A stretch of 64,000 nt of DNA. It comes from Haliotis rufescens (taxonomy: Eukaryota). The notes beneath the pieces were generated by a model that saw only the letters and a program-made list of their open reading frames with translations, searched no databases and was not told the DNA's origin. The stretch is from NCBI RefSeq assembly GCF_023055435.1, contig NW_025963979.1, positions 5,394,001 through 5,458,000 of the forward strand, read 5' to 3'. The first letter of the stretch is position 1; every line of letters begins with the position of its first letter. A program made the position numbers and the translations under genes. Positions 25,401-40,400 of this stretch are shown one piece after another.

Positions 25401-28400
25401 TATTTAGAAGGTATGATAACCAAATTTCTATCATAAAACAAACAAATCAAATGTTTAACGAAATAATTGTTTTCAAAACAAAAAATAATGCAACATAGCT
25501 TTCTTTGCATAGGTGGATCCAGACGGGTGGTCCAGGGGATCCAGCCCCCACCCCATTTGAAAACAAATTAGGCAGTAAATTGACTGAGAGTGGATCTTGA
25601 TATTTTCAACCTCTCCTTTTTAAAAATGCAGGATCCGTCCTTGCTTTGTCAGGGGCAGTGGTAAATGGTGAATGGACCTTACCATAAAATCTGAAGAGTG
25701 TTGTCTTTGTCTGTGTGTTGTGGGATCAGTCTACAGACCGTCATACACAGGTCATGAGGCTGTGTGTACAACTGGTAGGTCAGTGTATGTTACAGTGGTA
25801 TGTGGAGCAGATCTTCAAGTGTTTGTATATACGTCGGGAGGTTCAAAGAAAATACTAGCTTTGAGAACCATCAATCTTGAAGACATGGAAAACAATGTAA
25901 TATTTCAGGTTGTCTGGAGATGACTATTATTTGTGATGGGTCAACACATAACACTATATTTATGTACACAGTCTTTTTATGCATCACGGAATTAACTAGG
26001 ATTTTATACCCTGGTGCCCATGACAGGCCAATTAAGAAAACAAAACTATTTGTCTAATATTTATCAATCTATTTTGTAAGTCCCTAGTTTGTAAAATGCA
26101 GAGATGTTTTGACATTTCATTCATTTTAATAATATAAAACTAACTGATTTTAACATATAACATTGGCCAGATTTAGTAGATGTTTGGATAAGATGTTACA
26201 TAAAATTGAAATTTAATTTTCTCTCCAAGAAATATTCAAAATTGCCTGTTTAGCTATATTTTCAAGGATTTCTTTTCAAAGACATTATTTCAAAGTTGAT
26301 TGAAATAACATCCACGTTTATTTAGTGTATCATATTTCCATTCTATATCGATACATACCCTGAACCCATCTTGACTTGTGCATGCAATTACAAGTACAAC
26401 CCCATTTTCTTGTAGCATAAAAATCTCCCTCCTGTGTCTTAAAACATCTCTTCCAGCTAAAAAGTAATTCACAATAGTCTGCAAGCGCTCATTTAATTGA
26501 GGCCACAGTTTTAAACGTACATCTATGCCAAACTCACATTTAGAAGAGTCATTTTGATGTGGGCGTTGATTTCAAGCTCATGAGCCAGAGAAATTCTGTG
26601 ATGAGAGAGGTGGAGGTGATGAGGTAACTCTCATTATAATGGGTGGCAAAGAGGCATAAAGTAACTATTTTAATAGAACAGAGATACGATTCACTGTTAA
26701 ATCGTGGATGTTGAAATAAAGGCTGACCCATTAGTTCAATCTGGAAAATGTTTAGAAAAGGTAGAAGTTCAATTCAGGACAGTGATCCTACCGGTATTTG
26801 TTTTTGTGTAAGAAGTGTGTGAACAATTTGTGATAGGCCTATTAGAAAAAAAACCCAGAAAGAAAAAAGTCCTGATTGACAGTGAATATCGTTTCATTAT
26901 TGATATATGTATCACTGTCAACTATAAACAGTGGTCTAACTGGCAGGCTGACATGCAATACTGAGCTGAGAACAAGCTAATGTTGGAGAAAAAACAGTTT
27001 CATTAAACATGCAACTGTGGGGTCTTTTTGTTGGTGAACCTTAAGGTATAAAGAATCCCATAAGTATGAATTAAGCATGAAGTGAAGTCCCCAGCAAGTG
27101 GTGTTGACTGTGTGTGTAGCACTGATTCCACTCATCAATAGCCATATCATGCAGTAAGTGGCCAGCTTGGCCTGCCTGGTCAGTTGACCCTTCCAAATCA
27201 GCCAGCGGGATTTAGAGGCCTTAGGTGCAAGCCAGGTGATTGTCGACTTTGGCTGAGATCGATGAGATCAGTTTGATATGACTGATTGCTTTTGTGAGTG
27301 CAAAGCCTCATGACAGGGTGCTGGCACTTGAGTCGAGGGAGGTTGCTGTGATACCCTCTCTCGCTGTACAGCATCATGGAGACTCATGATTGTCTGGAGG
27401 ACATCAAGTCTTTACCTATATGTCAAGTAAATAAAGAAATATAGATGATAGTACCATGTTAGTAATATGGCACTAACAGCCTTGTCATTAAATAATGTAG
27501 TACCAACAATGTTTCTCTGTTGTAAAATATCGTAGTACCAACATTATTTCACTGTAGATGAAAATTTCGTAGTACCAACATTGTTTCACTGTAGATGTAA
27601 AATATCGTAGTACAAGCATTATTTCACTGTAGATGTAAAATAATGGAGTACCAACATTATTTCACTGTAGATGTAAAATATCGTAGTACCAACATTATTT
27701 CACTGTAGATGTAAAATATCCTTGTACCAACATTGTTTCACTGTAGATGTAAAATATCGTAGTACCAACATTGTTTCACTGTAGATGTAAAATATTGTAG
27801 TACCAACATTGTTTCACTGTAGATGTAAAATATTGTGGTACCAACATTGTTTCACTGTAGATGTAAAATATTGTAGTACCAACATTGTTTCACTGTAGAT
27901 GTAAAATATTGTGGTACCAACATTATTTCACTGTAGATTTCAAATATCGTAGTACCAACATTGTTTCACTGTAGATGTAAATATCCTAGTACCAACATTG
28001 TTTCACTGTAGATGTAAAATATTGTAGTACCAACATTGTTTCACTGTAGATGTAAATATCGTAGTACCAACATTGTTTCACTGTAGATGTAAATATCCTA
28101 GTACCAACATTGTTTCACTGTAGATGTAAAATATTGTGGTACCAACATTGTTTCACTGTAGATGTAAAATATTGTAGTACCAACATTGTTTCACTGTAGA
28201 TGTAAAATATTGTGGTACCAACATTATTTCACTGTAGATTTCAAATATCGTAGTACCAACATTGTTTCACTGTAGATGTAAATATCCTAGTACCAACATT
28301 GTTTCACTGTAGATGTAAAATATTGTAGTACCAACATTGTTTCACTGTAGATGTAAATATTGTAGTACCAACATTGTTTCACTGTAGATGTAAAATATCC

Positions 28401-31400
28401 TTGTACCAACATTGTTTCACTGTAGATGTAAATATCCTAGTACCAACATTGTTTCACTGTAGATGTAAAATATTGTAGTACCAACATTGTTTCACTGTAG
28501 ATGTAAAATATTGTAGTACCAACATTGTTTCACTGTAGATGTAAATATTGTAGTACCAACATTGTTTCACTGTAGATGTAAAATATCCTTGTACCAACAT
28601 TGTTTCACTGTAGATGTAAATATTGTAGTGCCAACATTGTTTCACTGTAGATGTAAATATTGTAGTGCCAACATTGTTTCACTGTAGATGTAAATATTGT
28701 AGTGCCAACATTGTTTCACTGTAGATGTAAATATTGTAGTGCCAACATTGTTTCACTGTAGATGTAAATATTGTAGTGCCAACATTGTTTCACTGTAGAT
28801 GTAAATATTGTAGTGCCAACATTGTTTCACTGTAGATGTAAAATATCCTTGTCCAACATTGTTTCACTGCTATACCAGAGGTAGTACCGACAGTGTTTTC
28901 CCTGTTATAACAGAGGTAGTACCAACAGTGTTTCACTGTTATAACAGAGTAAGTACAAACAGTGTTTCACTGTTGTAACAGAGGTAGTACCAACAGTGTT
29001 TCACTGTTATAACAGAGGTAGTACCAACAATGTTTCACTGTTATAACAGAGGTAGTACCAACAATGTTTCACAGTTATTAATCCCAGCACAAAATGGGAC
29101 AGGGGGATATAGAAACAGAGTTTGTCTGTCCATCTGTCTGCTTCTCAAAGGGGACACATTTTCTCAAATATGATTTAAGTTAGAGAAATTTCCATCCCTG
29201 CACTGTATCATAAATTTGGTGGTTCTCTCTAGCATTGTATTTATATCATGTATATTGAGATTTCAAAGTTACTTCAGAAGCTGAAATGACATCATGAACT
29301 TTATTTCAAAAAGTAGTATTACCCACCTGTGTTTCTGTATCGTAAATACAATATGTTAGGAATAAAAATATGCATTATGCCTGGAAAGACTCACATAATA
29401 CATTCTTTATTCTTAAGATATCCTATTATGATGCAGTTCACACTCAGCTAATAGACTCTATTTATGAACTTGATGTTTCAGAAGCTAAGTTTGTTTTTGT
29501 TGCTTTTTCCGTTAGTCTTCTTGATAATATTTCACATATTAATCATTTACATAATGTACATGCCATGTTAACATTGGTAACAGATTCTGTAACATAATAC
29601 AGTAATAGTAACATTAGTGACAGAATCTGTAACTATGAGAACTTGCTCATTAGATTGTTTCACATTCACAGATGGTTGTGTTGCTTGACCCCTTGGATGA
29701 TCCTGATGACATTCTCCGCCAAAACCGATCCCGTGAGAAGCAGTTTGTGTTTGACACCACCTTCGATGGATCAGCTACACAGGTAGGAGATCAAGCAAAC
29801 TTTGAATCATTTCAGAAATTGACATAGGTCTGTCTACTGTTTCCATGGGAATATCAACACAACGTTCTATGTAAATCTTTGATCATGGGATTTGATAGAA
29901 TGAGTGTTGACTTAGTATACTAACAAAGTGTCTTAAATTGATACATATGTTCTGACAAAACTCTCCAACCATCTAAAATTGATTTCATTGTTTACCGTGG
30001 TGTTCTAATCAATCCCATGTTATTGTCAAGCTATCTATGGAAATATTGACAAGCTGTGGGTACCTGTCTCTCGGCCCAGCCCTATCTCTGTTGTATGTTA
30101 TTAACATGTCTACCTGGATGTTGACTGGATATGATAAATAATGAATTGCACCAACAAGAAGTCATCTGGTGTTGGCTGGATACATTGTGTCCCGGTGTGT
30201 ATCAATAGAAACAGTGTTCTACGCAACTCATCATGAACATGGTTATTGACAAGAATCCTACACTTAGTAGGACGTTTTATAACTTTGACATTAAGAAATA
30301 ACAGTGTGGGTAATGCAGGCAGGGTGGAATGGTTTGTATGTTGTTAAATCTGTATTCTACAGGTCATGGGATTGTAACAATGTCAGTAAAATACACACAT
30401 TAGTGTTGAGTATTTAAGTTTCTTAAAGCATTAAGAGAGAAAGTCATTACTTCTTGCGGTTAGCTAAAGCTACTGAATGTTTGCTTGTCATTACGACCAG
30501 CGGATTATTAAACAATATAATCGATCAATACAGGGCACCATGGTGTGCTTGTCAATGTACAATGTACAGCGTAGCTTGCATTTGTCAGCCAACACAGTGG
30601 CACGGGTAGCTTGGGCTCAAATACCATTATGTGATCTAATGTGAGTTTGCTTGGGCAAGGCTTGAACACCTTGGGTTTGTCTTGAAGTTCGTCACACTGT
30701 CCACCATGGTCCGTCTGGGCCAGGCTCAAATACCATCACACCGTCGACCATGGTCCGTCAGGGCCAGGCTCAAATACCATCACACCGTCGACCATGGTCC
30801 GTCAGGGCCAGGCTCAAATACCATCAAACTGTCGACCATGGTCCGTCTGGGCAAGGCTCAAATACCATCCCACTGTCGACCATGGTCCGTCAGGGCCAGG
30901 CTCAAATACCATCACACCGTCGACCATGGTCCGTCAGGGCCAGGCTCAAATGCCATCACACCGTCGACCATGGTCCATCAGGGCCAGGCTCAAATACCAT
31001 CAAACTGTCGACCATGGTCCGTCTGGGCAAGGCTCAAATACCATCCCACTGTCTGTCAGGGCCAGGCTCAAATACCATCAAACTGTCGACCATGGTCTGT
31101 CAGGGCCAGGTTCAAATACCATCACACTGTCGACCATGGTCTGTCTGAGCAAGGCTCAAATACCATCACACTGTCTACCATGGTCCGTCTGAGCAAGGCT
31201 CAAATACCATCAAACTGTCAACCATGGTCTGTCAGGGCCAGGCTCAAATACCATCCCACTGTCTACCATGGTCTGTCTGGGCCAGGCTCAAATACCATCA
31301 CATTGTCGACCATGGTCTGTCAGGGCCAGGCTCAAATACCATCACATTGTCGACCATGGTCTGTCAGGGCCAGGCTCAAATACCATCACATTATCCACCA

Positions 31401-34400
31401 TGGTCTGTCAGGGCCAGGCTCAAATACCATAAAACTGCCGACCATGGTCTGTCAGGGCCAGGCTCAAATACCATCACACTGTCGACCATGGTCTGTCAGG
31501 GCCAGGCTCAAATACCATCAAACTGCCGACCATGGTCTGTCTGGGCCAGGCTCAAATACCATCAAACTGTCTACCATGGTCTGTCAGGGCCAGGCTCAAA
31601 TACCATCAAACGGTCTACCATGGTCTGTCAGGGCCAGGCTCAAATACCATCACATTGTCCACCATGGTCCGTCAGGGCCAGGCTCAAATACCGTCACATT
31701 ATCCACCATGGTCCGTCAGGGCCAGGCTCAAATACCATCACATTGTCCACCATGGTCCGTCAGGGCCAGGCTCAAATACCGTCACATTATCCACCATGGT
31801 CCGTCAGGGCCAGGCTCAAATACCATCACATTGTCGACCATGGTCCATCAGGGCCAGGCTCAAATACCATCACACTGTCTACCATGGTCTGTCTAGGCCA
31901 TGGTTTGTTATGGCCAAATTTGAATACATTCAGGCTGAATACCACAATTTTGTCTTGGTCACTCACTCACTCACTCACTCACTCACTCACTCACTCACTC
32001 ACTCACTCACTCGTAAATACCAGAATTCTATCTTCTATCTCCTATCTTCCAGCTGCTGTTAATATGTTGTATTTGCATATAAAGTATGGCTAGTTCCACT
32101 GGCAGTTGTTGCAGAGGGGAGTGTGTTGGTGGGGATGTATCTGGTGACATTCACTGAGACACCAGATACTGTAGTACTGTTCATCCTATCAAATATGGAT
32201 GATTCTCCCTATCACATTACTTACCCTGCTTCATATCGCCGATGTATTAACCTCCTCCATGCATCACACTACAGCTATACAGTTTGGGCAAGCAACCTGG
32301 CTTCAATATCATTCAAATTTGGTCACAGTTAATTATATGTTGTACTTTCCTACACAGCATTCTCCAAAAGGGGATTGTTGGTGAAGTCTATGAATCTTAG
32401 TTTTTCATTGTTTTTAAGTGATGCTGTTCAGTGTTTGAAAGGTCAGTTACCATGGCAACAATGATGAATGGAGTATGCTTTACAATATGGTAGCTGAATA
32501 GTGAATGACATTGTGTCACTAGACTACAAAGGTCATAATAGTTTCCCGCACTGTTAGGGTAGTTGTGTTTTGACAAAAGTGTTCATTAAAACACTGCAAT
32601 AAAAGATTGTAGAAATATTTTAGTGTTTGTATCTTTTAAAAAAGAACTGTCTTTTCAAATGGAAATGTTTGAAGGATCATAATAGGGTAGGACAAAACTG
32701 TTCAATAGTTTATAATCTGTCTACGCTACACTTAACGATGGAAGTGAAATTGAGTGAAGTGGGAACAATACCTACAATGGTAATGCTGGGGAAGTGTTTA
32801 ACAGTGTTACTCCCCACACCTGATACAACACCTGATATGAGGATGGCTTAACCAACCATACCCTGCCCTGTTCCATTGTGTTGAGGCATGTTGGATTTGT
32901 CACAGGAAGATTTGAACATCATAGTGTGCACAGATGAGTCCCAAGTGTGTGAGCATCTAACCAGTGATGGCCAGACATGATAATGTGCTGCTCTCACCAA
33001 CTTTGGTGCTTTGATGTCTTCAAATAGAGCACTAAAACTAACAAGGTCCAGGCTACCGAGGCCTAGGCTTACAAGGGCCAAAGTAAACATGTCCAAATTA
33101 ACAGGGCCCGAGTAAACATGTCTGGATTAGCAAGGGCCAGAGTAAACATGTCCAGATAAGCAAGGGCCAGAGTAAACATGTCCCGATTAGCAAGGGCCAG
33201 AGTAAACGTCGATATTAGCAAGGGCCAGAGTAAACATGTCCAGATTAGCAAGGGCTTGAGTAAACATTCCAGATTAACGAGGGCCAGAGTAAACATGTCC
33301 CGATTAACAAGGGCCTGAGTAAACATGTCCAGATAAGCAAGGGCCAGAGTAAACATGTCCGGATTAACAAGGGGTAAAGTAAACATGTCCCGATTAACAA
33401 GGGCCTGAGTAAACATGTCTGGATTAGCAAGGGCCAGAGTAAACATGTCCAGATAAGCAAGGGCCAGAGTAAACATGTCCCGATTAACAAGGGCCTGAGT
33501 AAACATGTCTGGATTAGCAAGGGCCAGAGTAAACATGTCCAGATAAGCAAGGGCCAGAGTAAACATGTCCCGATTAACAAGGGCCTGAGTAAACATGTCT
33601 GGATTAGCAAGGGCCAGAGTAAACATGTCCAGATAAGCAAGGGCCAGAGTAAACATGTCCCGATTAGCAAGGGCCAGAGTAAACATGTCCCGATTAGCAA
33701 GGGCTTGAGTAAACATGTCCAGACTAACAAAGTCCTTATTTACAAGGTCCAGACTGATACAGTTCATACTTGGTTCAGTCCGGCAAGGTTCAGACTGATG
33801 AGCATCAACTGCAGGCTCTGTAATTACTTCTTGAAGCACATAAGACTTCCTTTATGTCACCAGAGACTTGGTTGTGAAATCATTAATAGTCAATAGGCAA
33901 TAATTTCATATTTTTTTACATTTATGCTCTTTCAGTCTTTTTATGAGTGAATTTGCCTGCAACAGCACCATTCAGTGATGGGCACAGCCTTGGAGGCAGA
34001 GTGTAGCATCCTTCTAGCCTGACAGGCCACAATAAGCAGAGCTCCATTGCGTTGTACAATGAGAATAATAGATGTGACACTTTGCGTTAGCGGGAGTTGT
34101 AGTGTAATTAAACAAGTGGCAAAGTAGATCAGTGTGTATGGTAATCCTGTTCAGGACGTACTGCTCAAATCAACGTCTTGTACTTTATGGTAATGTGTCA
34201 TGAATAGCGTATGTTGGATCACAAGTGGAATTGATTTGGATTTCAATATATTAATGAACATGTCAAGTGTGTGGAATGGTGTCAACATGTCGCTGATCAC
34301 CAGACTGAGTTGGGGTCTTAATGGTACATACCCTGGCAGAATCACACCACAAGCAGAAGACATTAACTTAACCTGACATGCTGAAAGTAGGGGAGTAACA

Positions 34401-37400
34401 TTCAGTATTCCCACATGCTGTATTATATATAGTAGGGTAGTAACATTCAGTATTCCCACATGCTGTAAGTAGGGTAGTAACATTCAGTATTCCCACATGC
34501 TGTAAGTAGGGTAGTGACATTCAGTATTCCCACATGCTGTAAGTAGGGTAGTGACATTCAGTATTCCGACATGCTGTAAGTAGGGTAGTAACATTCAGTA
34601 TTCCCACATGCTGTAAGTAGGGTAGTGACATTCAGTATTCCCACATGCTGTAAGTAGGGTAGTTACATTCAGTATTCCAACATGCTGTAAGTAGGGTAGT
34701 GACATTCAGTATTCCCACATGCTGTAAGTAGGGGAGTAACATTCAGTATTCCCACATTCTGTAAGTAGGGTAGTAACATTCAGTATTCCCACATGCTGTA
34801 AGTAGGGTAGTAACATTCAGTAATCCGACATGCTGTAAGTAGGGTAGTGACATTCAGTATTCCCACATGCTGTAAGTAGGGTAGTGAGATTCAGTATTCC
34901 CACATTCTGTAAGTAGGGTAGTGACATTCAATTTTCCCACATGCTGTAAGTAGGATAGTAACATTCAGTATTCCCACATTCTGTAAGTAGGGTAGTGACA
35001 TTCAGTATTCCCACATGCTGTAAGTAGGGTAGTAACATTCAGTATTCCCACATGTTGTAAGTAGGGTAGTGACATTCAGTATTCCCACATGCTGTAATTC
35101 GGGTAGTAACATTCAGTATTCCCACATGCTGTAAGTAGGGTAGTAACATTCAGTATTCCCACATGCTGTAAGTAGGGTAGTGACATTCAGTATTCCCACA
35201 TGCTGTAAGTAGGGTAGTAACATTCAGTATTCCCACATGCTGTAAGTAGGGTAGTAACATTCAGTATTCCGACATGCTGTAAGTAGGGTAGTGACATTCA
35301 ATTTTCCCACATGCTGTAAGTAGGATAGTAACATTCAGTATTCCCACATTCTGTAAGTAGGGTAGTGACATTCAGTATTCCCACATGCTGTAAGTAGGGT
35401 AGTAACATTCAGTATTCCCACATGTTGTAAGTAGGGTAGTGACATTCAGTATTCCCACATGTTGTAAGAAGGGTAGTAACATTCAGTATTCCCACATTCT
35501 GTAAGTAGGGTAGTAACATTCAGTATTCCGACATGCTGTAAGTAGGGTAGTGACATTCAGTATTCCCACATGCTGTAAGTAGGGTAGTAACATTCAGTAT
35601 TCCCACATTCTGTAAGTAGGGTAGTGACATTCAGTATTCCAACATGCTGTAAGTAGGGTAGTGACATTCAGTATTCCCACATGCTGTAAGTAGGGGAGTA
35701 ACATTCAGTATTCCCACATTCTGTAAGTAGGGTAGTAACATTCAGTATTCCCACATGCTGTAAGTAGGGTAGTGAGATTCAGTATTCCGACATGCTGTAA
35801 GTAGGGTAGTGACATTCAGTATTCCCACATGCTGTAAGTAGGGTAGTGAGATTCAGTATTCCCACATTCTGTAAGTAGGGTAGTGACATTCAATTTTCCC
35901 ACATGCTGTAAGTAGGATAGTAACATTCAGTATTCCCACATTCTGTAAGTAGGGTAGTGACATTCAGTATTCCCACATGCTGTAAGTAGGGTAGTAACAT
36001 TCAGTATTCCCACATGTTGTAAGTAGGGTAGTGACATTCAGTATTCCCACATGCTGTAAGTAGGGTAGTAACATTCAGTATTCCAACATGCTGTAAGTAG
36101 GGTAGTAACATTCAGTATTCCGACATGCTGTAAGTAGGGTAGTGACATTCAGTATTCCCACATGCTGTAAGTAGGGTAGTAACATTCAGTATTCCCACAT
36201 GCTGTAAGTAGGGTAGTAACATTCAGTATTCCGACATGCTGTAAGTAGGGTAGTGACATTCAGTATTCCCACATGTTGTAAGTAGGGTAGTAACATTCAG
36301 TATTCCCACATTCTGTAAGTAGGGTAGTAACATTCAGTATTCCAACATGCTGTAAGTAGGGTAGTGACATTCAGTATTCCCACATGCTGTAAGTAGGGTA
36401 GTGAGATTCAGTATTCCCACATTCTGTAAGTAGGGTAGTGACATTCAATTTTCCCACATGCTGTAAGTAGGATAGTAACATTCAGTATTCCCACATTCTG
36501 TAAGTAGGGTAGTGACATTCAGTATTCCCACATGCTGTAAGTAGGGTAGTAACATTCAGTATTCCCACATGTTGTAAGTAGGGTAGTGACATTCAGTATT
36601 CCCACATGTTGTAAGAAGGGTAGTAACATTCAGTATTCCCACATTCTGTAAGTAGGGTAGTAACATTCAGTATTCCGACATGCTGTAAGTAGGGTAGTGA
36701 CATTCAGTATTCCCACATGCTGTAAGTAGGGTAGTAACATTCAGTATTCCCACATTCTGTAAGTAGGGTAGTAACATTCAGTATTCCCACATGTTGTAAG
36801 TAGGATAGTAACATTCAGTATTCCCACATTCTGTAAGTAGGATAGTAACATTCAGTATTCCGACATGCTGTAAGTAGGGTAGTGACATTCAGTATTCCCA
36901 CATGCTGTAATTCGGGTAGTAACATTCAGTATTCCCACATGCTGTAAGTAGGGTAGTAACATTCAGTATTCCGACATGCTGTAAGTAGGGTAGTGACATT
37001 CAGTACTCCCACATGCTGTAAGTAGGGTAGTGACATTCAGTATTCCCACATTCTGTAAGTAGGGTAGTGACATTCAGTATTCCCACATGCTGTAAGTAGG
37101 GTAGTAACATTCAGTATTCCCACATTCTGTAAGTAGGGTAGTAACATTCAGTATTCCCACATGCTGTAAGTAGGGTAGTAACATTCAGTATTCCCACATG
37201 CTGTAAGTAGGGTAGTAACATTCAGTATTCCGACATGCTGTAAGTAGGGTAGTAACATTCAGTATTCCCACATTCTGTAAGTAGGGTAGTAACATTCAGT
37301 ATTCCGACATGCTGTAAGTAGGGTAGTGACATTCAGTATTCCCACATGCTGTAAGTAGGGTAGTGAGATTCAGTATTCCCACATTCTGTAAGTAGGGTAG

Positions 37401-40400
37401 TGACATTCAATTTTCCCACATGCTGTAAGTAGGATAGTAACATTCAGTATTCCCACATTCTGTAAGTAGGGTAGTGACATTCAGTATTCCCACATGCTGT
37501 AAGTAGGGTAGTAACATTCAGTATTCCCACATGTTGTAAGTAGGGTAGTGACATTCAGTATTCCCACATGCTGTAAGAAGGGTAGTAACATTCAGTATTC
37601 CCACATTCTGTAAGTAGGGTAGTAACATTCAGTATTCCAACATGCTGTAAGTAGGGTAGTGTCATTCAGTATTCCCACATGCTGTAAGTAGGGTAGTAAC
37701 ATTCAGTATTCCCACATTCTGTAAGTAGGGTAGTAACATTCAGTATTCCCCCATGTTGTAAGTAGGGTAGTAACATTCAGTATTCCCACATTCTGTAAGT
37801 AGGATAGTAACATTCAGTATTCCGACATGCTGTAAGTAGGGTAGTGACATTCAGTATTCCCACATGCTGTAAGTAGGGTAGTGACATTCAGTATTCCGAC
37901 ATGCTGTAAGTAGGGTAGTAACATTTAGTATTCCCACATGATGTAAGTAGGGGAGTGACATTCAGTATTCCCACATGTTGTAAGTAGGGGAGTAACATTC
38001 AGTATTCCGACATGCTGTAAGTAGGGTAGTGACATTCTGTATTCCCACATGATGTAAGTAGGGTAGTAACATTCAGTATTCCCACATGCTGTAAGTAGGG
38101 TAGTAACATTCAGTATTCCGACATGCTGTAAGTAGGGTAGTGACATTCAGTATTCCCACATGCTGTAAGTAGGGTAGTGACATTCAGTATTCCGACATGC
38201 TGTAAGTAGGGTAGTGACATTCAGTATTCCCACATGCTGTAAGTAGGGTAGTGACATTCAGTATTCCGACATGCTGTAAGTAGGGTAGTAACATTCAGTA
38301 TTCCGACATGCTGTAAGTAGGGGAGTAACTATTCCCACATGTTGTAAGTAGGGTAGTAACTATTCCCACATGTTGTAAGTAGGGTAGTAACTATTCCCAC
38401 ATGTTGTAAGTAGGGGAGTAACTATTCCCACATGTTGTAAGTAGGGTAGTAACTATTCCCACATGTTGTAAGTAGGGGAGTAACTATTCCCACATGTTGT
38501 AAGTAGGGTAGTAACTATTCCCACATGTTGTAAGTAGGGTAGTAACCATTCCCACATGTTGTAAGTAGGGGAGTAACTATTCCCACATGTTGTAAGTAGG
38601 GGAGTAACTATTCCCACATGTTGTAAGTAGAGTAGTAACTATTCCCACATGTTGTAAGTAGAGTAGTAACTATTCCCACATGTTGTAAGTAGGGGAGTAA
38701 CTATTCCCACATGTTGTAAGTAGAGTAGTAACTATTCCCACATGTTGTAAGTAGAGTAGTAACATTATTGATCCATGGTTGTAGCATTCATGGTATGAAG
38801 GCTGTAACAAATTTATTACCTGTTCTGTTCTACGGAGGTACAGAAGTCTAAGTGCGTCAGGCCAAATACTGTTACTATAGGAATAAGAGAGAATGTTATG
38901 TTTAGGTGAACTAGGATTATATATATGCTATTTATCACCTGCAGTATGATACTTTATTTTATACACAATGTATCTGATATAATGGGTTTGTCTGGTCCAG
39001 ACTAGAATATTTACAGACAACGGTCATATGGCTAGACTTGCTGAATGTGTTGTTAAACAACAAACAAGCAAATAATACAGCATGTTATTTTTTCAGAAAA
39101 TGGTGTATGAGGCCACAACAAAGATTCTCATCCCAAACGTGGTCACAGGCTACAACGCTACAGTGTTTGCATACGGGGCAACAGGTAGGTAGCTGCTACT
39201 TTGGCAATGGCTGAAGTTGGAGGTAAATATACTGTCAAAGTACTTTCAATCAGGGATCCAGAAATATTTTTTTGCAAATTGAACATTTAAATTTTGGTCA
39301 CGCCCACCTCATATCTGAGGTGCTGGATGTATGAACAAAAAGAATAAACTCAAGTCTCATTTTCATAACATATATAGTGCTCCCTCGCTATTGTGCCCTT
39401 CATTACCTCGGTATAGCACGCGGTAACAATTGGCTCCCAAATTTTACTTACATTTTTAAAAAACTCAATGTTTATACTGATACAATGTTTTTCCCCATCT
39501 CAAAAAAACATTGCCGCAAGCACGTAACACCGGAAATACCAGTCAGCAAATCCAAACTGAAATATGAAATCCCATTATCATGCTTATTTTACTATCTGGT
39601 CATAAAATTTTGTTCATTGTATATCTGGACTTATGTTTCGAATATATTTTATCAGTTTATTTTAAAATTTCATTCAATAATGTTTACATTAATTTTGGTG
39701 AAATCATATGAGAGGTGATCGGTAGATCGCACAACTCACAGTTATTTACAGCAACCACAGTCAGATTACTGCTATTGATGCCTTGAAACGAACTTTAATT
39801 GAAAGAGAATGGATACATATATCATAAATGCCATACTTTGACTCATTATAAGTCATATTTGCGGCAGTTTGACTATTAAATGTTAACATAACAACATACG
39901 ATATTGGAATATATTATTCCTGATAAAATAATAATTTCAAATACAATTTCTTCCGACCTTTGCATCAAAATTCTTTGAAGTTGTATCATTGGGTACTTTT
40001 TAACTGAATCACTGGTAGATTGTTGCGAGAACATGTGCACAGCTGATTGATATTTCCGGCTTCGTTTACGAGAAAATACACACCGTAATCTTCATGTCTG
40101 CATATAAAACAATGCCTTGGAGAGCAGGAAATACAATTTAAATGGTAAAACATCATGTTTAGCAAAGTTTTATAACATATTTACCTGTTTGTTCACCTGA
40201 ATTTGCTGAACGGATAATTCTACGACATGTTTTATGGCGTACAACACTTGATAGATAAATAGATCTAACATACCGGTATACTATTTCAACCTCTCGGGAT
40301 GTAGGTCAGTGTGCCTGTGGTGATTGATGTTGACTGAATTGTAAAATGTCCGGTTTGCACTATAGCTATCTCAAATCAGACATTTTGCAGTCACAATCGG

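Noticed and set aside
30682-32093. 404-aa and overlapping ORFs
   Set aside because: A stop-free 44-bp unit cycling through frames.
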